Below are positions 10,941 through 20,649 of a stretch of DNA of 64,000 nt, piece after piece. Numbering within the stretch: the first letter of the stretch is position 1; each line of letters begins with the position of its first letter. The position numbers and the translations under genes were made by a program. The DNA lies in assembly GCA_963813685.1 (NCBI GenBank), contig CAWEZQ010000014.1:556182-620181 (forward strand). Reading direction: 5' to 3'. This DNA comes from an uncultured Solirubrobacteraceae bacterium (GTDB lineage: Bacteria; Actinomycetota; Thermoleophilia; Solirubrobacterales; Solirubrobacteraceae). The notes below the pieces were generated by a model. That model searched no databases, was not told the DNA's origin, and worked only from the letters and a program-made list of their open reading frames with translations.

Positions 10941-12467
10941 TCAGCGTTTGGACGGGCGGGCGCGGCGGCGGGCCCTGCGCGAGGCGCCGGTGACGGGCCC
11001 GCTCGGCGTGCGCCGGCTTCCGGGCGGCTGCTGCGGGAAGGAGTTCGGCGGCACGGTGACCGGCATCGACACCTCGCAGCCGCCCGATTCGCGCTCCTTG
11101 GGGTTGAGCTTGACTGTCGGCAGGTTCGGGTTGGCGGTCACGAGTTCGGCGAAGTTGAACGCGCTCGTGAGGTCCCCGGTGGCCGCGCGCCGCCATGCGC
11201 TGAGGTTCGGCACCTCGGCGCCGAAGCGCGTCTCGATGAAGCGCAGCAGCGAGGTGTGGTCGAAGACGTCCGAGCACAGGAAGCCGCCCTGGCTGAAGGG
11301 CGAGACGATCAGCAGCGGCACCCTGAAGCCGAGGCCGATCGGCCCGTTGATGCCGTCGGCGTTGCCGGTGATGTCGGGCACCGTGAGGTACTCGCCGGGC
11401 GTGCCGGGAGGAGGGGTGGGAGGCGCGACGTGGTCGAAGAAGCCGCCGTTCTCGTCCCACGTGACGAACAGCGCGGTCTTCTTCCAGATGTTGGGATGCG
11501 AGCGGATGCGGTCCACGAGCTGGCGCACCACCAGCTCGCCGATCGCCGCGCTCGAGTTGCCGGGGTGCTCGGTTTCGTTCAACGAGGTGTTGATCCACGA
11601 CACCTGCGGGAGTTCTTTGCGCTCGAGGTCCGCGGCGAAGTCGTTGGGGTACACGGGGTCGAACGCGAGCGCGGCAAGCGCCGGGTCGGTCTGGTACTGG
11701 CTGAAGTAGATCAGCGGGTTGTCGAAGCGGCCGAGCGCCTTGCCCGTGTACACCTTCCAGCTCACGCCGGCGGCGTTGAGCTGCTCGGGCATCGTGGTCC
11801 AGCTGAAGCGCCCTTCGTACTGTGAGCCGACCACCGTCTCGATCAGCGGCCCGCCCGCCTTGCCGTCGGGGTCGAGCGTGCCGGTCATGCTGTACAGCCG
11901 GTTGGGGTCGGTGGGCCCCAGCACCGAGCAGTAGTAGTTGTCGCAGATCGTGAACGCGTCGGCGAGGTCGTAGTAGAAGGGGATGTCTTCGCGCTCGTAG
12001 TAGCCCATCGTGGCGGGGCCGGCCTGGGCCCCGTCGACTTCGAGGTGGGCGCGCACGAACCCGTCCATCGCGCCGCCGTCCCAGCTGCGGTGCTGGGGAG
12101 CCCACGCGTGGGTGATGTCGGGGAAGCACTGCGGCGCGCCTTTGGTTTCGAGGTGGAACGGGAGCAGCACGCCTTCGTATCCCGGTTCGGGGTAGCCCGG
12201 CTGGTAGAAGACGCTGTGGGCGCCTGCGTCGGAGAAGCCGCGCACGCCGGGGAGCATCCCGAAGTAATGGTCGAACGAGCGGTTCTCCTGGATCAGGATC
12301 ACCACGTGCTCGATGTCGGTGAGCTTGCCCGCGCGCGGCCTCGAGGCGAGCGCGAGCTGCACCAGCGGGTCGGCGCTCAGCGCGAGCGCGCCGGCGCCCG
12401 CGCCGGCGGCGAGCAGCCCGCGCCGCGTCAGCCCGCCGGCGTCGCTGCCTCCCTCGAGGCTCCCCAT
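10941..12467 (-). CDS. Phosphoesterase / phospholipase C family protein with Tat signal
   Basis: ATG 12467; LTRRGLL twin-arginine motif; IEHVVILIQENRSFDHYFG, GPTDPNR, WDENGGFFDHV, GLGFRVPLLIVSP. Confidence 0.9.
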   Translation of the reverse strand: MGSLEGGSDAGGLTRRGLLAAGAGAGALALSADPLVQLALASRPRAGKLTDIEHVVILIQENRSFDHYFGMLPGVRGFSDAGAHSVFYQPGYPEPGYEGVLLPFHLETKGAPQCFPDITHAWAPQHRSWDGGAMDGFVRAHLEVDGAQAGPATMGYYEREDIPFYYDLADAFTICDNYYCSVLGPTDPNRLYSMTGTLDPDGKAGGPLIETVVGSQYEGRFSWTTMPEQLNAAGVSWKVYTGKALGRFDNPLIYFSQYQTDPALAALAFDPVYPNDFAADLERKELPQVSWINTSLNETEHPGNSSAAIGELVVRQLVDRIRSHPNIWKKTALFVTWDENGGFFDHVAPPTPPPGTPGEYLTVPDITGNADGINGPIGLGFRVPLLIVSPFSQGGFLCSDVFDHTSLLRFIETRFGAEVPNLSAWRRAATGDLTSAFNFAELVTANPNLPTVKLNPKERESGGCEVSMPVTVPPNSFPQQPPGSRRTPSGPVTGASRRARRRARPSKR

Positions 12468-12500
12468 GCGGGGATGGTAGACCTTCCCGTGTAACCCTCG

Positions 12501-12692
12501 ATGCCGCGCCCGCCAGAACGCCTGCCGTCTCCGCCGGCCTCGCTCGACCGTGAGCGTGCCGAGCGGCTGACGGCGCTGACCGAGCGCGCTCTGCTGCAGC
12601 GGCGACTCGAGCTGGCGCAGGCGATCGAGCTGGCGCTCGAGCACATCCCCGCGCCCCTGCGTGGGCCGGTGCGCAGGGCGCTCGGAGCATGA
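12501..12692 (+). CDS. Small hypothetical protein
   Basis: 63-aa helical-looking ORF, ATGA overlap with the next gene. Confidence 0.55.
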   Translation: MPRPPERLPSPPASLDRERAERLTALTERALLQRRLELAQAIELALEHIPAPLRGPVRRALGA

Positions 12693-13408
12693 GCGGCGCC
12701 CTGCAGAGCCGCGCCGAGACGGCCAAGCTGACTCGCCTGCTGGAGGTCGAGGATCAGCGCGCGCTCGAGTTCCTGCTCGCGGTGCCGGCCGCGGAGCTGC
12801 GCGGGTACCGCGAGGCGGTTACGGGTCTCTTCTACGACGACGAGCGAGAGCTGCTGCAGCGGACGGCCGACGCGGCCCGCCTGCTGCCGGCGCGAACCGC
12901 CGCGGCGGTCGGCGAACGCGCGCTCGGGCCGCTGATCTGCGCGCGTCTCACCGGCCTGCTCGCTCCGAGCCGGGCGATCGAGATCTCGGGCCACCTCACG
13001 GTGGACTTCCTCGCGAGGCTCTCTGCGGAGCTCGACCCGCGCCGTGCCGCCGAGGTGGTGGCAGGTATCGCGGCCGACACGGTGGTCGCGGTGGCCACCG
13101 CGATGGCCGCGAACGGCGAGCACGTGGCCATGGAGCGGTTCGTCGCGCACCTCGACGAGCCCGCGCTGAGGCGCTGCGTCGAGAAGCTCGGGGACGAGGA
13201 CCTGCTGCGGGTGGCGTTCCTGACGGAGGACGACGGGCGCCTCGCGCTGGTGTTCGAGATGGCCGGCGCCGAGCGCGCCTCGCGGGTGCTCGCGGCGGCG
13301 CGCTCCTGCGGGCTCGTCGAGGAGGCAGCGCACGTGGCGGCGCGGCTCGAACCGGCCCGCGAGGGGGCCGGCGCGAGAGCCGGGCGAAGATCTCCGCGCA
13401 AAATGTAA
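12689..13408 (+). CDS. Hypothetical protein
   Basis: 239-aa ORF with high-GC3 codons, coupled to the upstream ORF. Confidence 0.7.
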   Translation: MSGALQSRAETAKLTRLLEVEDQRALEFLLAVPAAELRGYREAVTGLFYDDERELLQRTADAARLLPARTAAAVGERALGPLICARLTGLLAPSRAIEISGHLTVDFLARLSAELDPRRAAEVVAGIAADTVVAVATAMAANGEHVAMERFVAHLDEPALRRCVEKLGDEDLLRVAFLTEDDGRLALVFEMAGAERASRVLAAARSCGLVEEAAHVAARLEPAREGAGARAGRRSPRKM

Positions 13409-13451
13409 CCGTTGGTTCGACGTCTAGTCGGAGGCTTGGTACGATCGGCCG

Positions 13452-14141
13452 ATGCCCGTCACGCGAGCGAGGCGGCATCCCTCTCGTCCCGAACGCAGGC
13501 GCGCGCGTGAGCGATCGATCGTGGCCGCCACGCGAGCTCTGTTCGACGACCGTGGCCGCCGTGACGCGCAGGTGGATGAGATCGCGCGTGCCGCCGCGGT
13601 CAACAAGGCGCTGATCTACCGCTCGTTCGAGTCGAAGGAGGAGATCTTCCTGTTGACCCTCGTCGACTACCTCGCCGAGCTGCAGGCGCGGTTCGGGGAG
13701 CTGCCGAACCGCAAGGATCCGGTGCGCGCGCTTCGCGAGGCGTGCGATTGCTACGTGGATTTCTGTCTGGCCTACCCGGCGTTCCTGGACTGCGCGCTGG
13801 CGCTGATGCGCCAGCCGCCCGCGGAGCTGCGCGAGCGCGCCTCCGATGCGGCGTGGTTTCGCCTCGGGCGCTCGCTGGGCGGTTGTCTCGGCCCGATCGA
13901 ACGGCTGCTCGCCGCGGGTGCGCAGGCGGGTGCGTTCGCGATCGACGATCCGGTCTTCGCGGCCAACCGCCTGTGCACGCAGGTGCTCGGCTCGATGCAT
14001 CTCGCGCGTGCGGGCGTCGGCCTGCGCGAGGCCGCTCCGGGCGTGGTGGAGAGCTTCGCGATCGACGCCGAGCGGGTGCGCGAGGCGTGCCTGCAGGACG
14101 CGCTGGCGCTCGCGGGAGTGTCGGCAGGAGCATCGAGATGA
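13452..14141 (+). CDS. TetR/AcrR family transcriptional regulator
   Basis: N-terminal HTH VDEIARAAAVNKALIYRSFESKEEIF. Confidence 0.9.
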   Translation: MPVTRARRHPSRPERRRARERSIVAATRALFDDRGRRDAQVDEIARAAAVNKALIYRSFESKEEIFLLTLVDYLAELQARFGELPNRKDPVRALREACDCYVDFCLAYPAFLDCALALMRQPPAELRERASDAAWFRLGRSLGGCLGPIERLLAAGAQAGAFAIDDPVFAANRLCTQVLGSMHLARAGVGLREAAPGVVESFAIDAERVREACLQDALALAGVSAGASR

Positions 14142-15190
14142 GCGGGATGACGGCAAAGACGGTCTCGCTCCACGGCCGTCCGCTCAGCTACGCGGAGGCC
14201 GGCAGCGGCCCGGTCCTGCTGCTCATCCACGGGATGGCCGGCACCTCCGAGAACTGGCGCGCCGTGATCGAGCCGCTGTCACGCGCGCACACCGTGATCG
14301 CACCCGATCTCCCCGGGCACGGGGCCTCCTCGCCGGGTGCCGGCGACTACTCGATCGGGGCGCTCGCCGCGGTGCTCCGCGATCTGCTGATCACGCTGGG
14401 CCACGACCGTGCGACGCTCGTCGGCCACTCGCTCGGCGGCGGGATCGCGATGCAGTTCGCCTACCAGTTCCCCGAGCTGACCGAGCGCCTGGTGCTCGTG
14501 TCGAGCGGCGGGCTCGGACCCGAGGTGAGCCCGGTGCTGCGCGCTGCGGCGCTGCCGGGGGCCGACCTGTTCATCGCCGCGACGTCGGGCCCGGCACGCA
14601 CGGTGGGAGCCGCGCTCGCGCGCGGCCTGTCCGTGGTCGGGCTTCGGGCCAACGCTGACGTCGCCGAGATCGCTCGCGGGTATGCGTCGCTCGCCGACCC
14701 CGACCGTCGCGCGGCGTTCCTCGCGACGTTGCGCTCGGTCATCGGCACGGGAGGCCAGCGGGTCCACGCCGGCGACCGGCTGTACCTGGCCGGCGGGATG
14801 CCGGTCCTGATCGTCTGGGGCGCGCGCGACCCGATCATCCCCGTGCACCACGGCGAGCAGGCGCACGACGCGATTGCGGGCAGCCGCCTGGAGGTCTTCC
14901 AAGACGTGGGTCACCTGCCGCAGCTCGAGGCGCCCGGGCATTTCGTGGCCGTGCTCGAGCGTTTCATCGCGGAGAACGATCCGGCCGTGTTCGACGCCGA
15001 CCAGTGGCGTGCTCGCCTGCGCGTCGCGCCCCCGGAGCCCGAGGCGGACAGGCGCGATCCGGCGCGGCGCGCCCGCTCGGCCGGCGCGGCTCGAGCGACG
15101 TCCACTCGAGCGGCTCGTGCCGCGTCAGCTCGAGCGCCTCGTGCAGGTCGAGGTTCTCGATCGACGCGAGGTGCCACGGGGCGGGGTTGA
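14138..15190 (+). CDS. Alpha/beta fold hydrolase (low-complexity C-terminal tail may be an artefact of a lost stop)
   Basis: ATG 14138 overlaps the TetR stop; LLIHGMAG, PDLPGHG, GHSLGG, WGARDPIIP, GHLPQLE. Confidence 0.85.
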   Translation: MSGMTAKTVSLHGRPLSYAEAGSGPVLLLIHGMAGTSENWRAVIEPLSRAHTVIAPDLPGHGASSPGAGDYSIGALAAVLRDLLITLGHDRATLVGHSLGGGIAMQFAYQFPELTERLVLVSSGGLGPEVSPVLRAAALPGADLFIAATSGPARTVGAALARGLSVVGLRANADVAEIARGYASLADPDRRAAFLATLRSVIGTGGQRVHAGDRLYLAGGMPVLIVWGARDPIIPVHHGEQAHDAIAGSRLEVFQDVGHLPQLEAPGHFVAVLERFIAENDPAVFDADQWRARLRVAPPEPEADRRDPARRARSAGAARATSTRAARAASARAPRAGRGSRSTRGATGRG

Positions 15191-15254
15191 GCGCCGGCCA
15201 CAGCGCCGGGCGCTCTTCGCGCGTCTCTTGGCGCTTCGAGGCGCGGCGCAGGCG

Positions 15255-15632
15255 CTACGAGGAGTCGGCTGCGAAGCCCCGGAACGTGCCGGCCATCCTC
15301 TCGTCGGGGTCTGGCTCGCGGTCCTTCTCGCCCTGCTCGTCGTCGCTCGGGGCCGTGTCGGGCATGGTGTCGGAGTTCGCCTGCAGGACGATGCTCTCGA
15401 GGAAGTGACGCAGCTCGGACTCGCTTCCCTCCTGCAGGCCGGCGACCGTGATCGCGCGCTTGGTGAGGCGGACCTCTCGCCAGCTGCTGTGGGGAGTGCC
15501 GAGCAGCGCCAGCACGTTCTCAAACCGCGCCTTCCAGGCCTTCGAAGCTGGGCCGGTCAACTCGACGGTCAGCGTGGCGTCTTCGATTTGCGCAGAGCGC
15601 CAGTCGATCTGTCGCGGCTCAGGAGCAGCCAT
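15255..15632 (-). CDS. Hypothetical protein
   Basis: 125-aa ORF preceded by GGTGT-N16-GGGTAG-N9-ATG. Confidence 0.7.
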   Translation of the reverse strand: MAAPEPRQIDWRSAQIEDATLTVELTGPASKAWKARFENVLALLGTPHSSWREVRLTKRAITVAGLQEGSESELRHFLESIVLQANSDTMPDTAPSDDEQGEKDREPDPDERMAGTFRGFAADSS

Positions 15633-15641
15633 GAGCCGGTT

Positions 15642-15668
15642 CTACCCGGCCCGTGCGGCGCCGACACC
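15642..15668 (-). promoter_or_regulatory. SigB/SigF-type promoter motif GGTGT-N16-GGGTAG
   Basis: -10-like GGGTAG at 15647-15642, 9 nt before ATG 15632; -35-like GGTGT at 15668-15664. Confidence 0.5.
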
Positions 15669-17408
15669 TGAATCGCCGGCCCGTCGGCTCCCCGATGATG
15701 GCCTCGCCGGCGCGGAGCGGCCCGATCTGGCGCTCTCGGGGCGTCGCTTGTCGGCGGGGTCGATCCGCTTCTCGCCGAGGCGCTCGGCGAGGCGACTGGC
15801 GAGGGCCATGATCGTGAGCGCGGGGTTGGCGGAGCCCTGGGTGGGCATCACGCTGCCGTCGCACACGAACAGGTTGGGCACGGTCCAGGCGCGATGGTCG
15901 GAGTCGACCACGCCGCCCTCCGGGGTGTCTGCCATGGCACAGCCGCCGACGAGGTGGGCGTAGCGATCGATCGTGAGGACGTCCTGCGCCTCGGCGGCCT
16001 GCAGGATTTCGTAGAGCTTGTCCTTGGCGTAGGCGATGTTCGCGCGGTCGTTCTCGCACTGCGTGTAGTCGAGGCGAGCGACGGGCATCTCATTGCGGTC
16101 GGTCTCCGTGGCGAGCGTCACCCTGTTGTCGACGCTGGGCAGCAGCTCTGAGAGACAGCCGATCGCGTACCAGTGGTTGTAGTCGCGCATGTACTCCCGC
16201 AGCGCCTGCCCCCAATGCCCGTCGGCGAGGACATGCTCGGCCCAGCCGATTGGCAATGGCCCGACCGTTTGGATCGAGAAGCCGCGGGCGAAGCCGCGTC
16301 CGGGGTCGGTCTCGTAGAACTGCTCGGAGTTGATCTCAGGTGGAGGCGCCTTGTACATCCGCATCTCTTCGGGGAACCGACCGGCCACCTGCGGGGCGCC
16401 CTGCACCATGATCCCGCGGCCCACGAGATCGTTCTGGTTGGCAAGCCCATTCGGGAAGCGGTCGCTCGTGGAGTGCAGCAGGAGCCTCGGGGTCTCGATC
16501 GAGTAGCCCGCCACCGTGATGGCTTCGGCGGCCTGGAATCGCTCACGGCCGTCGTGAAAGTAGGTGACACCCGTACAGCGCCCCGACTCGTCGGTCTCGA
16601 TCGTTGTCACCATGCAGTCGGCGCGTATCTCGACACCGTGCTCGAGCGCGTCGGGTATGTGGGTGACGAGCGGTGATGCCTTGGCGCCGACCTTGCAGCC
16701 CTGCAGACAGAAGCCGCGGTAGATGCAATGCGGGCGGTGCCCGAAGCTGCCGTTGGCGATTCCGACCGGGCCGACGCGCATCTCGATCCCGAGGCGGCGG
16801 GCGCCCTCCCACGCGCGCAGCGCGCCGGCGCCGACGGGGTGCGGGCCGTGCGGGTAGCCATGCGGGTCGCCCCACGGCCACCATTCGCCGGCGACGGGCA
16901 GCTCGCGCTCCAGCCGCTCGTAGTGAGGCTTCAGGTCGGCGTAGGCGATCGGCCAGTCGGCTGCTACGCCGTCGCGCGTGTAGACCTCGAAGTCGGAGGG
17001 GTGAAAGCGCGGGGTGAACCCGGCGTAGTGGATCATCGATCCGCCCACGCCCCTTCCGGAATTGTTCTTGCCGAGCTCCACGGGGTCCTCCCCGCCGATG
17101 ACGCGCTCCTCGGTCCAGTAGAGCGAGTGTGCGCCGGCCTCGTCTGAGACCCAATCCTCGTCGGGGTCCCAGAACGGCCCTGCCTCCAACACGAGCACCT
17201 TCCACCCTTTGCGCGCGAGGCGCTGCGCGAGCGTAGCGCCGCCGGCGCCCGCACCGACGATCAGCATGTCGACCGCCTCGCTGGGCCTGTAGCGGCGCAT
17301 ACGCTCGCGCCCCGGCACTCCCCTCCGGTGGGGGTCCAGCAAGAACGCGGAGTCGTTCTCGGGCGGGCGCAGCGCGCCCTTGAGCGCGACGCGCAGCCGC
17401 TCTCTCAC
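15642..17408 (-). CDS. GMC family oxidoreductase (gluconate 2-dehydrogenase flavoprotein-like)
   Basis: GTG 17408 overlaps the upstream stop; FAD motif IVGAGAGG, GRGVGGSMIHY, CIYRGFCLQGC, AHLVGGCAM, ANPALTIMALA. Confidence 0.9.
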   Translation of the reverse strand: MRERLRVALKGALRPPENDSAFLLDPHRRGVPGRERMRRYRPSEAVDMLIVGAGAGGATLAQRLARKGWKVLVLEAGPFWDPDEDWVSDEAGAHSLYWTEERVIGGEDPVELGKNNSGRGVGGSMIHYAGFTPRFHPSDFEVYTRDGVAADWPIAYADLKPHYERLERELPVAGEWWPWGDPHGYPHGPHPVGAGALRAWEGARRLGIEMRVGPVGIANGSFGHRPHCIYRGFCLQGCKVGAKASPLVTHIPDALEHGVEIRADCMVTTIETDESGRCTGVTYFHDGRERFQAAEAITVAGYSIETPRLLLHSTSDRFPNGLANQNDLVGRGIMVQGAPQVAGRFPEEMRMYKAPPPEINSEQFYETDPGRGFARGFSIQTVGPLPIGWAEHVLADGHWGQALREYMRDYNHWYAIGCLSELLPSVDNRVTLATETDRNEMPVARLDYTQCENDRANIAYAKDKLYEILQAAEAQDVLTIDRYAHLVGGCAMADTPEGGVVDSDHRAWTVPNLFVCDGSVMPTQGSANPALTIMALASRLAERLGEKRIDPADKRRPESARSGRSAPARPSSGSRRAGDSGVGAARAG

Positions 17409-18136
17409 TCGAGGCCCCGCTCGTGCATGTCGGCAACCGGGTCGATCGCGAACTCGGGAGGGGCCTCCCAGTGCTCGCGTTGCCCAGCACCCAACCTGGC
17501 GTAGCCGCGGGGGTAGGCGGGTCCACCGAATCCGATCTCGTTCCATGCCCACGGGTGCGAGTAGAAGGCGCCGAGCACGCCGCGCATGACCACGCCCCAC
17601 GCCTTCTTGACGGGGAGCTTCCAGTCGAGCTCTCCTTCGGAGAACTGCTGCACGATCTCGTGCTGCGCCTCGCTGCCGGCGCCGGCGAATCCGTGCTCGG
17701 AGCCGTGCGCGCGGGCGCTCCGGTCGAGGTTGGCGGCGACCTGCCTCCAGGTCTCGGGGTCAGGTGGCATGTCGTGGTGGCGGAACCCGTCGAGATGGCC
17801 GGCGTGGAGCTTGGCATCGACCATCTCCAGCACGGGGATGCGCGGCTCTGAGTCCTGGCCGGTGACGACATCGCAGAACGCCCTGAGCGTTCGTACCTCG
17901 TTTTCGGTGAAGAAGCGGATCGGCGGGACGTGGGCTATCCGGTCGAGCACCACGCGGCGGGTGAGCGCGTCCCAGTGCCCGGCGGCGGTGAGCACGTCGT
18001 AGTCGGGATAGCGGCCGCGCATCTGGGGCGTGGTTCCCTTGCGCTGGCGAGGCAGCCCGCGCGGCGGCCCCGGCGTGGTGTCGCCGCCCCGCTTGGGTAG
18101 GTGTCCGGCAGCGCTCCGCGCCTGTCCCTCGGCCAT
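17405..18136 (-). CDS. Gluconate 2-dehydrogenase subunit 3 family protein
   Basis: RFFTENEVRTLRAFCDVV, GAFYSHPWAWNEIGFGGPAYPRGY; coupled to the GMC gene. Confidence 0.75.
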   Translation of the reverse strand: MAEGQARSAAGHLPKRGGDTTPGPPRGLPRQRKGTTPQMRGRYPDYDVLTAAGHWDALTRRVVLDRIAHVPPIRFFTENEVRTLRAFCDVVTGQDSEPRIPVLEMVDAKLHAGHLDGFRHHDMPPDPETWRQVAANLDRSARAHGSEHGFAGAGSEAQHEIVQQFSEGELDWKLPVKKAWGVVMRGVLGAFYSHPWAWNEIGFGGPAYPRGYARLGAGQREHWEAPPEFAIDPVADMHERGLE

Positions 18137-18140
18137 CGGG

Positions 18141-18566
18141 TCAGCGCTCCCGCTCGGCAAGGGCTGCGGTCAGGCCCATCCCGCCGACAAGGGCGAGCGA
18201 GCCGGGCGCGAGCAGCGGCGGGCCCATGATGACGTTGTAGAGCGGCTCCGAGAAGCCGCCGGGGCGCTTGCGGATGCCCTGTACGTGGGTGTAGACGCCG
18301 ATCAGCCCGTCCAGGCAGTACAGGGCCGAGACCGCCGGCAGCACCGTCCTCGCCGCGCGCGCAGAGCGTACGCCGGCAAGGCCCGCCGCGGTCAACAGCG
18401 GCGAGAGCGCGACGGGCGTCCACATCCACTTGTCGCCGAACGAGCCGCGGAAGTGCTCGAAGTAGATCTCGAGCCCCAGCGGCAGCGCGCTAGCGGCGGT
18501 CGCGGCGGCGAGTGTGCGCTGCGCGCGGCCGCGGCGCAGGTTTCCCAGCAGACGCATGCTGCTCAT
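18141..18566 (-). CDS. Membrane protein of the GMC operon (His-containing, possible membrane anchor)
   Basis: 141 aa with 3-4 hydrophobic segments; EHFRGSF, GVYTHVQG, MGPPLLAP; ATGA overlap with the TPP gene stop. Confidence 0.7.
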   Translation of the reverse strand: MSSMRLLGNLRRGRAQRTLAAATAASALPLGLEIYFEHFRGSFGDKWMWTPVALSPLLTAAGLAGVRSARAARTVLPAVSALYCLDGLIGVYTHVQGIRKRPGGFSEPLYNVIMGPPLLAPGSLALVGGMGLTAALAERER

Positions 18567-20353
18567 CGTCCGGGGAGGAACTCGGGCAGCTTCTGGCGCA
18601 GTGCCTGGGAGATGATCCGCCGGCGTCCCGGGTCTCCGTGGAGGACCGCCGAGGCGAACGAGCGGGCCTGCTCGACGGTGATGTGAGGCGGCAGCGGCGG
18701 CACTTCGGGGTCGCAGACGACCTCCAGCACGGTCGGTCGGTCGCTGGCGAACGCCTGCTCCCAGCAGTCTCCGATGGCATTGGGGTCGTCCGTGCGGATC
18801 CCTCTCAGACCGATCATTTCCGCCCACCGCGCGTATGGCACGTCCGGGAGCTGCTGCGACTCGACGAACTTCGGATCGCCCGACATCGCGCGCTGCTCCC
18901 AGGTGACCTGGTTGAGGTCGCGGTTGTTGAGGACGAGCACGATCAGACGCTGGTCGGGCCAGCGATCGCGGTACTTGGCGATCGTGATCAGCTCCGCGAG
19001 CCCGTTCATCTGCATCGCGCCGTCGCCGACCAGCGCCACCACGGGCCGATCCGGGTGCGCGAACTTCGCGGCGATCGCATACGGCACGCCTGGCCCCATG
19101 GTCGCCAACGTGCCCGAGAGCGAAGCCATCATCCCTGCGCGCAGGCGGACATCGCGGGCGTACCAGTTCGCCGCGGAGCCGGAGTCGGAGGTGAGGATCG
19201 CCCCATCCGGCAGGCGCTTCGAGAGCTCGTGGAAGATCAGCTGCGGGTTCACCGGCTGAGCGGGCTCATGCGCGCGCTGCTCGATCACCTTCCACCACTC
19301 GACGACGTTCTTTTCGATCTTCTCCCGCCAGCGATGATCGTCCTTGCGCGTCAGCAGCGGCAGAAGCGCTCTCAGGGTCAGGGCGCTGTCGCCGACGAGG
19401 TTGACCTCCATCGGGTAGCGGATGCCGAGCATCCGGCCGTCCAGGTCGATCTGCACGCCGCGGGCCTTGCCCTCTTCCGGCAGGAACTCCGAGTAGGGGA
19501 AGCTGGAGCCGACCATCAAGAGCGTGTCGCAGTCCTGCATCAGATCCCAGCTCGGGCGAGTGCCCAGCAGTCCGATCGACCCTGTGACGAACGGCAGATC
19601 GTCGGGGACCGCGGCCTTGCCGAGCAGCGCCTTGGCGACCCCCGCGCCAAGCGTGTCGGCTGCGTCGACCACCTCCTGGGTGGCGTGCAGCGCCCCGGCG
19701 CCGACGAGCATCGCCACGCGCTCACCGGCGTTGAGCACCTCGGCGGCCCTCCGCAGCTGCTCTTCCTCTGGCGTCACGCGCGGTGGGGCGTAGCCGGGAC
19801 CGGAATGCACGGTGCCGTGTGCGTGCGGGGGCGTGGGAACCGCCGGTTCCATCTGCAGATCGTTGGGAAGGATCACGCATGTGACGGTGCGCTCCGCGAG
19901 GGCGATCCGCATGGCGCGGTCGATGAGGTGGCGGACCTGGCCTGGCTCGGTGGCCATCTGCACGTACTCGTGTGCGACGTCCTTGAAAAGGGTGGTGAGG
20001 TCGACCTCCTGCTGGTAGTTGCCGCCCAGGCCGAGCCTCGCCTGCTGACCAACGATCGCCACGACGGGCTGGTGATCGAGCTTGGCGTCGTAAAGACCGT
20101 TGAGCAGGTGTATCGCACCTGGTCCGGAGGTGGCGAGGCAGACGCCGGTTTCACCTGTGAACTTGGCGTGCGCGCACGCCATGAACGCGGCCATCTCCTC
20201 GTGGCGGACCTGGATGAACTCGGGGCGGTCGCCTGCGCGCCCGAAGGCACCGATGATTCCGTTGATACCGTCGCCGGGGTACCCGTAGATGCGCCTCACC
20301 CCCCAACCGGTTGCAAGGCGTTCCAAGAGGTGGTCAGCGACGGTCTCGCTCAT
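18563..20353 (-). CDS. Thiamine pyrophosphate-requiring enzyme (pyruvate oxidase/dehydrogenase-like)
   Basis: GYPGDGING, VRHEEMAAFMA, TSGPGAIHLLNGLYDAKLD, TPP motif GDGAMQM...LNN; RBS GAAAGGAAG. Confidence 0.92.
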   Translation of the reverse strand: MSETVADHLLERLATGWGVRRIYGYPGDGINGIIGAFGRAGDRPEFIQVRHEEMAAFMACAHAKFTGETGVCLATSGPGAIHLLNGLYDAKLDHQPVVAIVGQQARLGLGGNYQQEVDLTTLFKDVAHEYVQMATEPGQVRHLIDRAMRIALAERTVTCVILPNDLQMEPAVPTPPHAHGTVHSGPGYAPPRVTPEEEQLRRAAEVLNAGERVAMLVGAGALHATQEVVDAADTLGAGVAKALLGKAAVPDDLPFVTGSIGLLGTRPSWDLMQDCDTLLMVGSSFPYSEFLPEEGKARGVQIDLDGRMLGIRYPMEVNLVGDSALTLRALLPLLTRKDDHRWREKIEKNVVEWWKVIEQRAHEPAQPVNPQLIFHELSKRLPDGAILTSDSGSAANWYARDVRLRAGMMASLSGTLATMGPGVPYAIAAKFAHPDRPVVALVGDGAMQMNGLAELITIAKYRDRWPDQRLIVLVLNNRDLNQVTWEQRAMSGDPKFVESQQLPDVPYARWAEMIGLRGIRTDDPNAIGDCWEQAFASDRPTVLEVVCDPEVPPLPPHITVEQARSFASAVLHGDPGRRRIISQALRQKLPEFLPGR

Positions 20354-20446
20354 TGTGCTTCCTTTCAGTAGTGATGCGCTTCACTCCGGCCAGCAGAGGT
20401 GAAGCGCCCGCTGCTGTCGTGCTCAGCGGTGCCCACGGATTCGCTC

Positions 20447-20472
20447 TTACCCTTGCGTTCGGAGGCCAAAAC
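20447..20472 (-). promoter_or_regulatory. SigB/SigF-type promoter motif GTTT-N16-GGGTAA for the TPP-GMC operon
   Basis: Minus strand GTTT tggcctccgaacgcaa GGGTAA; 5' UTR hairpin GCGCTTCAC...GTGAAGCGC at about 20376-20407. Confidence 0.6.
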
Positions 20473-20567
20473 GGGCGCTCTCCAAGCGGGGATGGGCCTG
20501 GAGCTGGGGGACGGACGCCTCACGCTCGAGCCGGCGAGCCGACTCTCCCCGGATGGCCGCCCGCGCC

Positions 20568-20595
20568 GGTTTCGTGCTCGTAATGTCCAGGGTAT
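20568..20595 (+). promoter_or_regulatory. SigB/SigF-type promoter motif GGTTT-N17-GGGTAT upstream of topoisomerase IB
   Basis: GGTTT 20568-20572, GGGTAT 20590-20595. Confidence 0.65.
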
Positions 20596-20649
20596 GGCCA
20601 GCACGATGCTTGTGGCTCCTCCACGGCCGATTGGACGGAGGACCGGTTC

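Noticed and set aside
20354-20446. Possible TPP riboswitch upstream of the TPP-dependent enzyme
   Set aside because: Only a GCTGAG and one hairpin; the conserved CCTGA...AATxCxxGCGxAGG core is absent and the UTR is short
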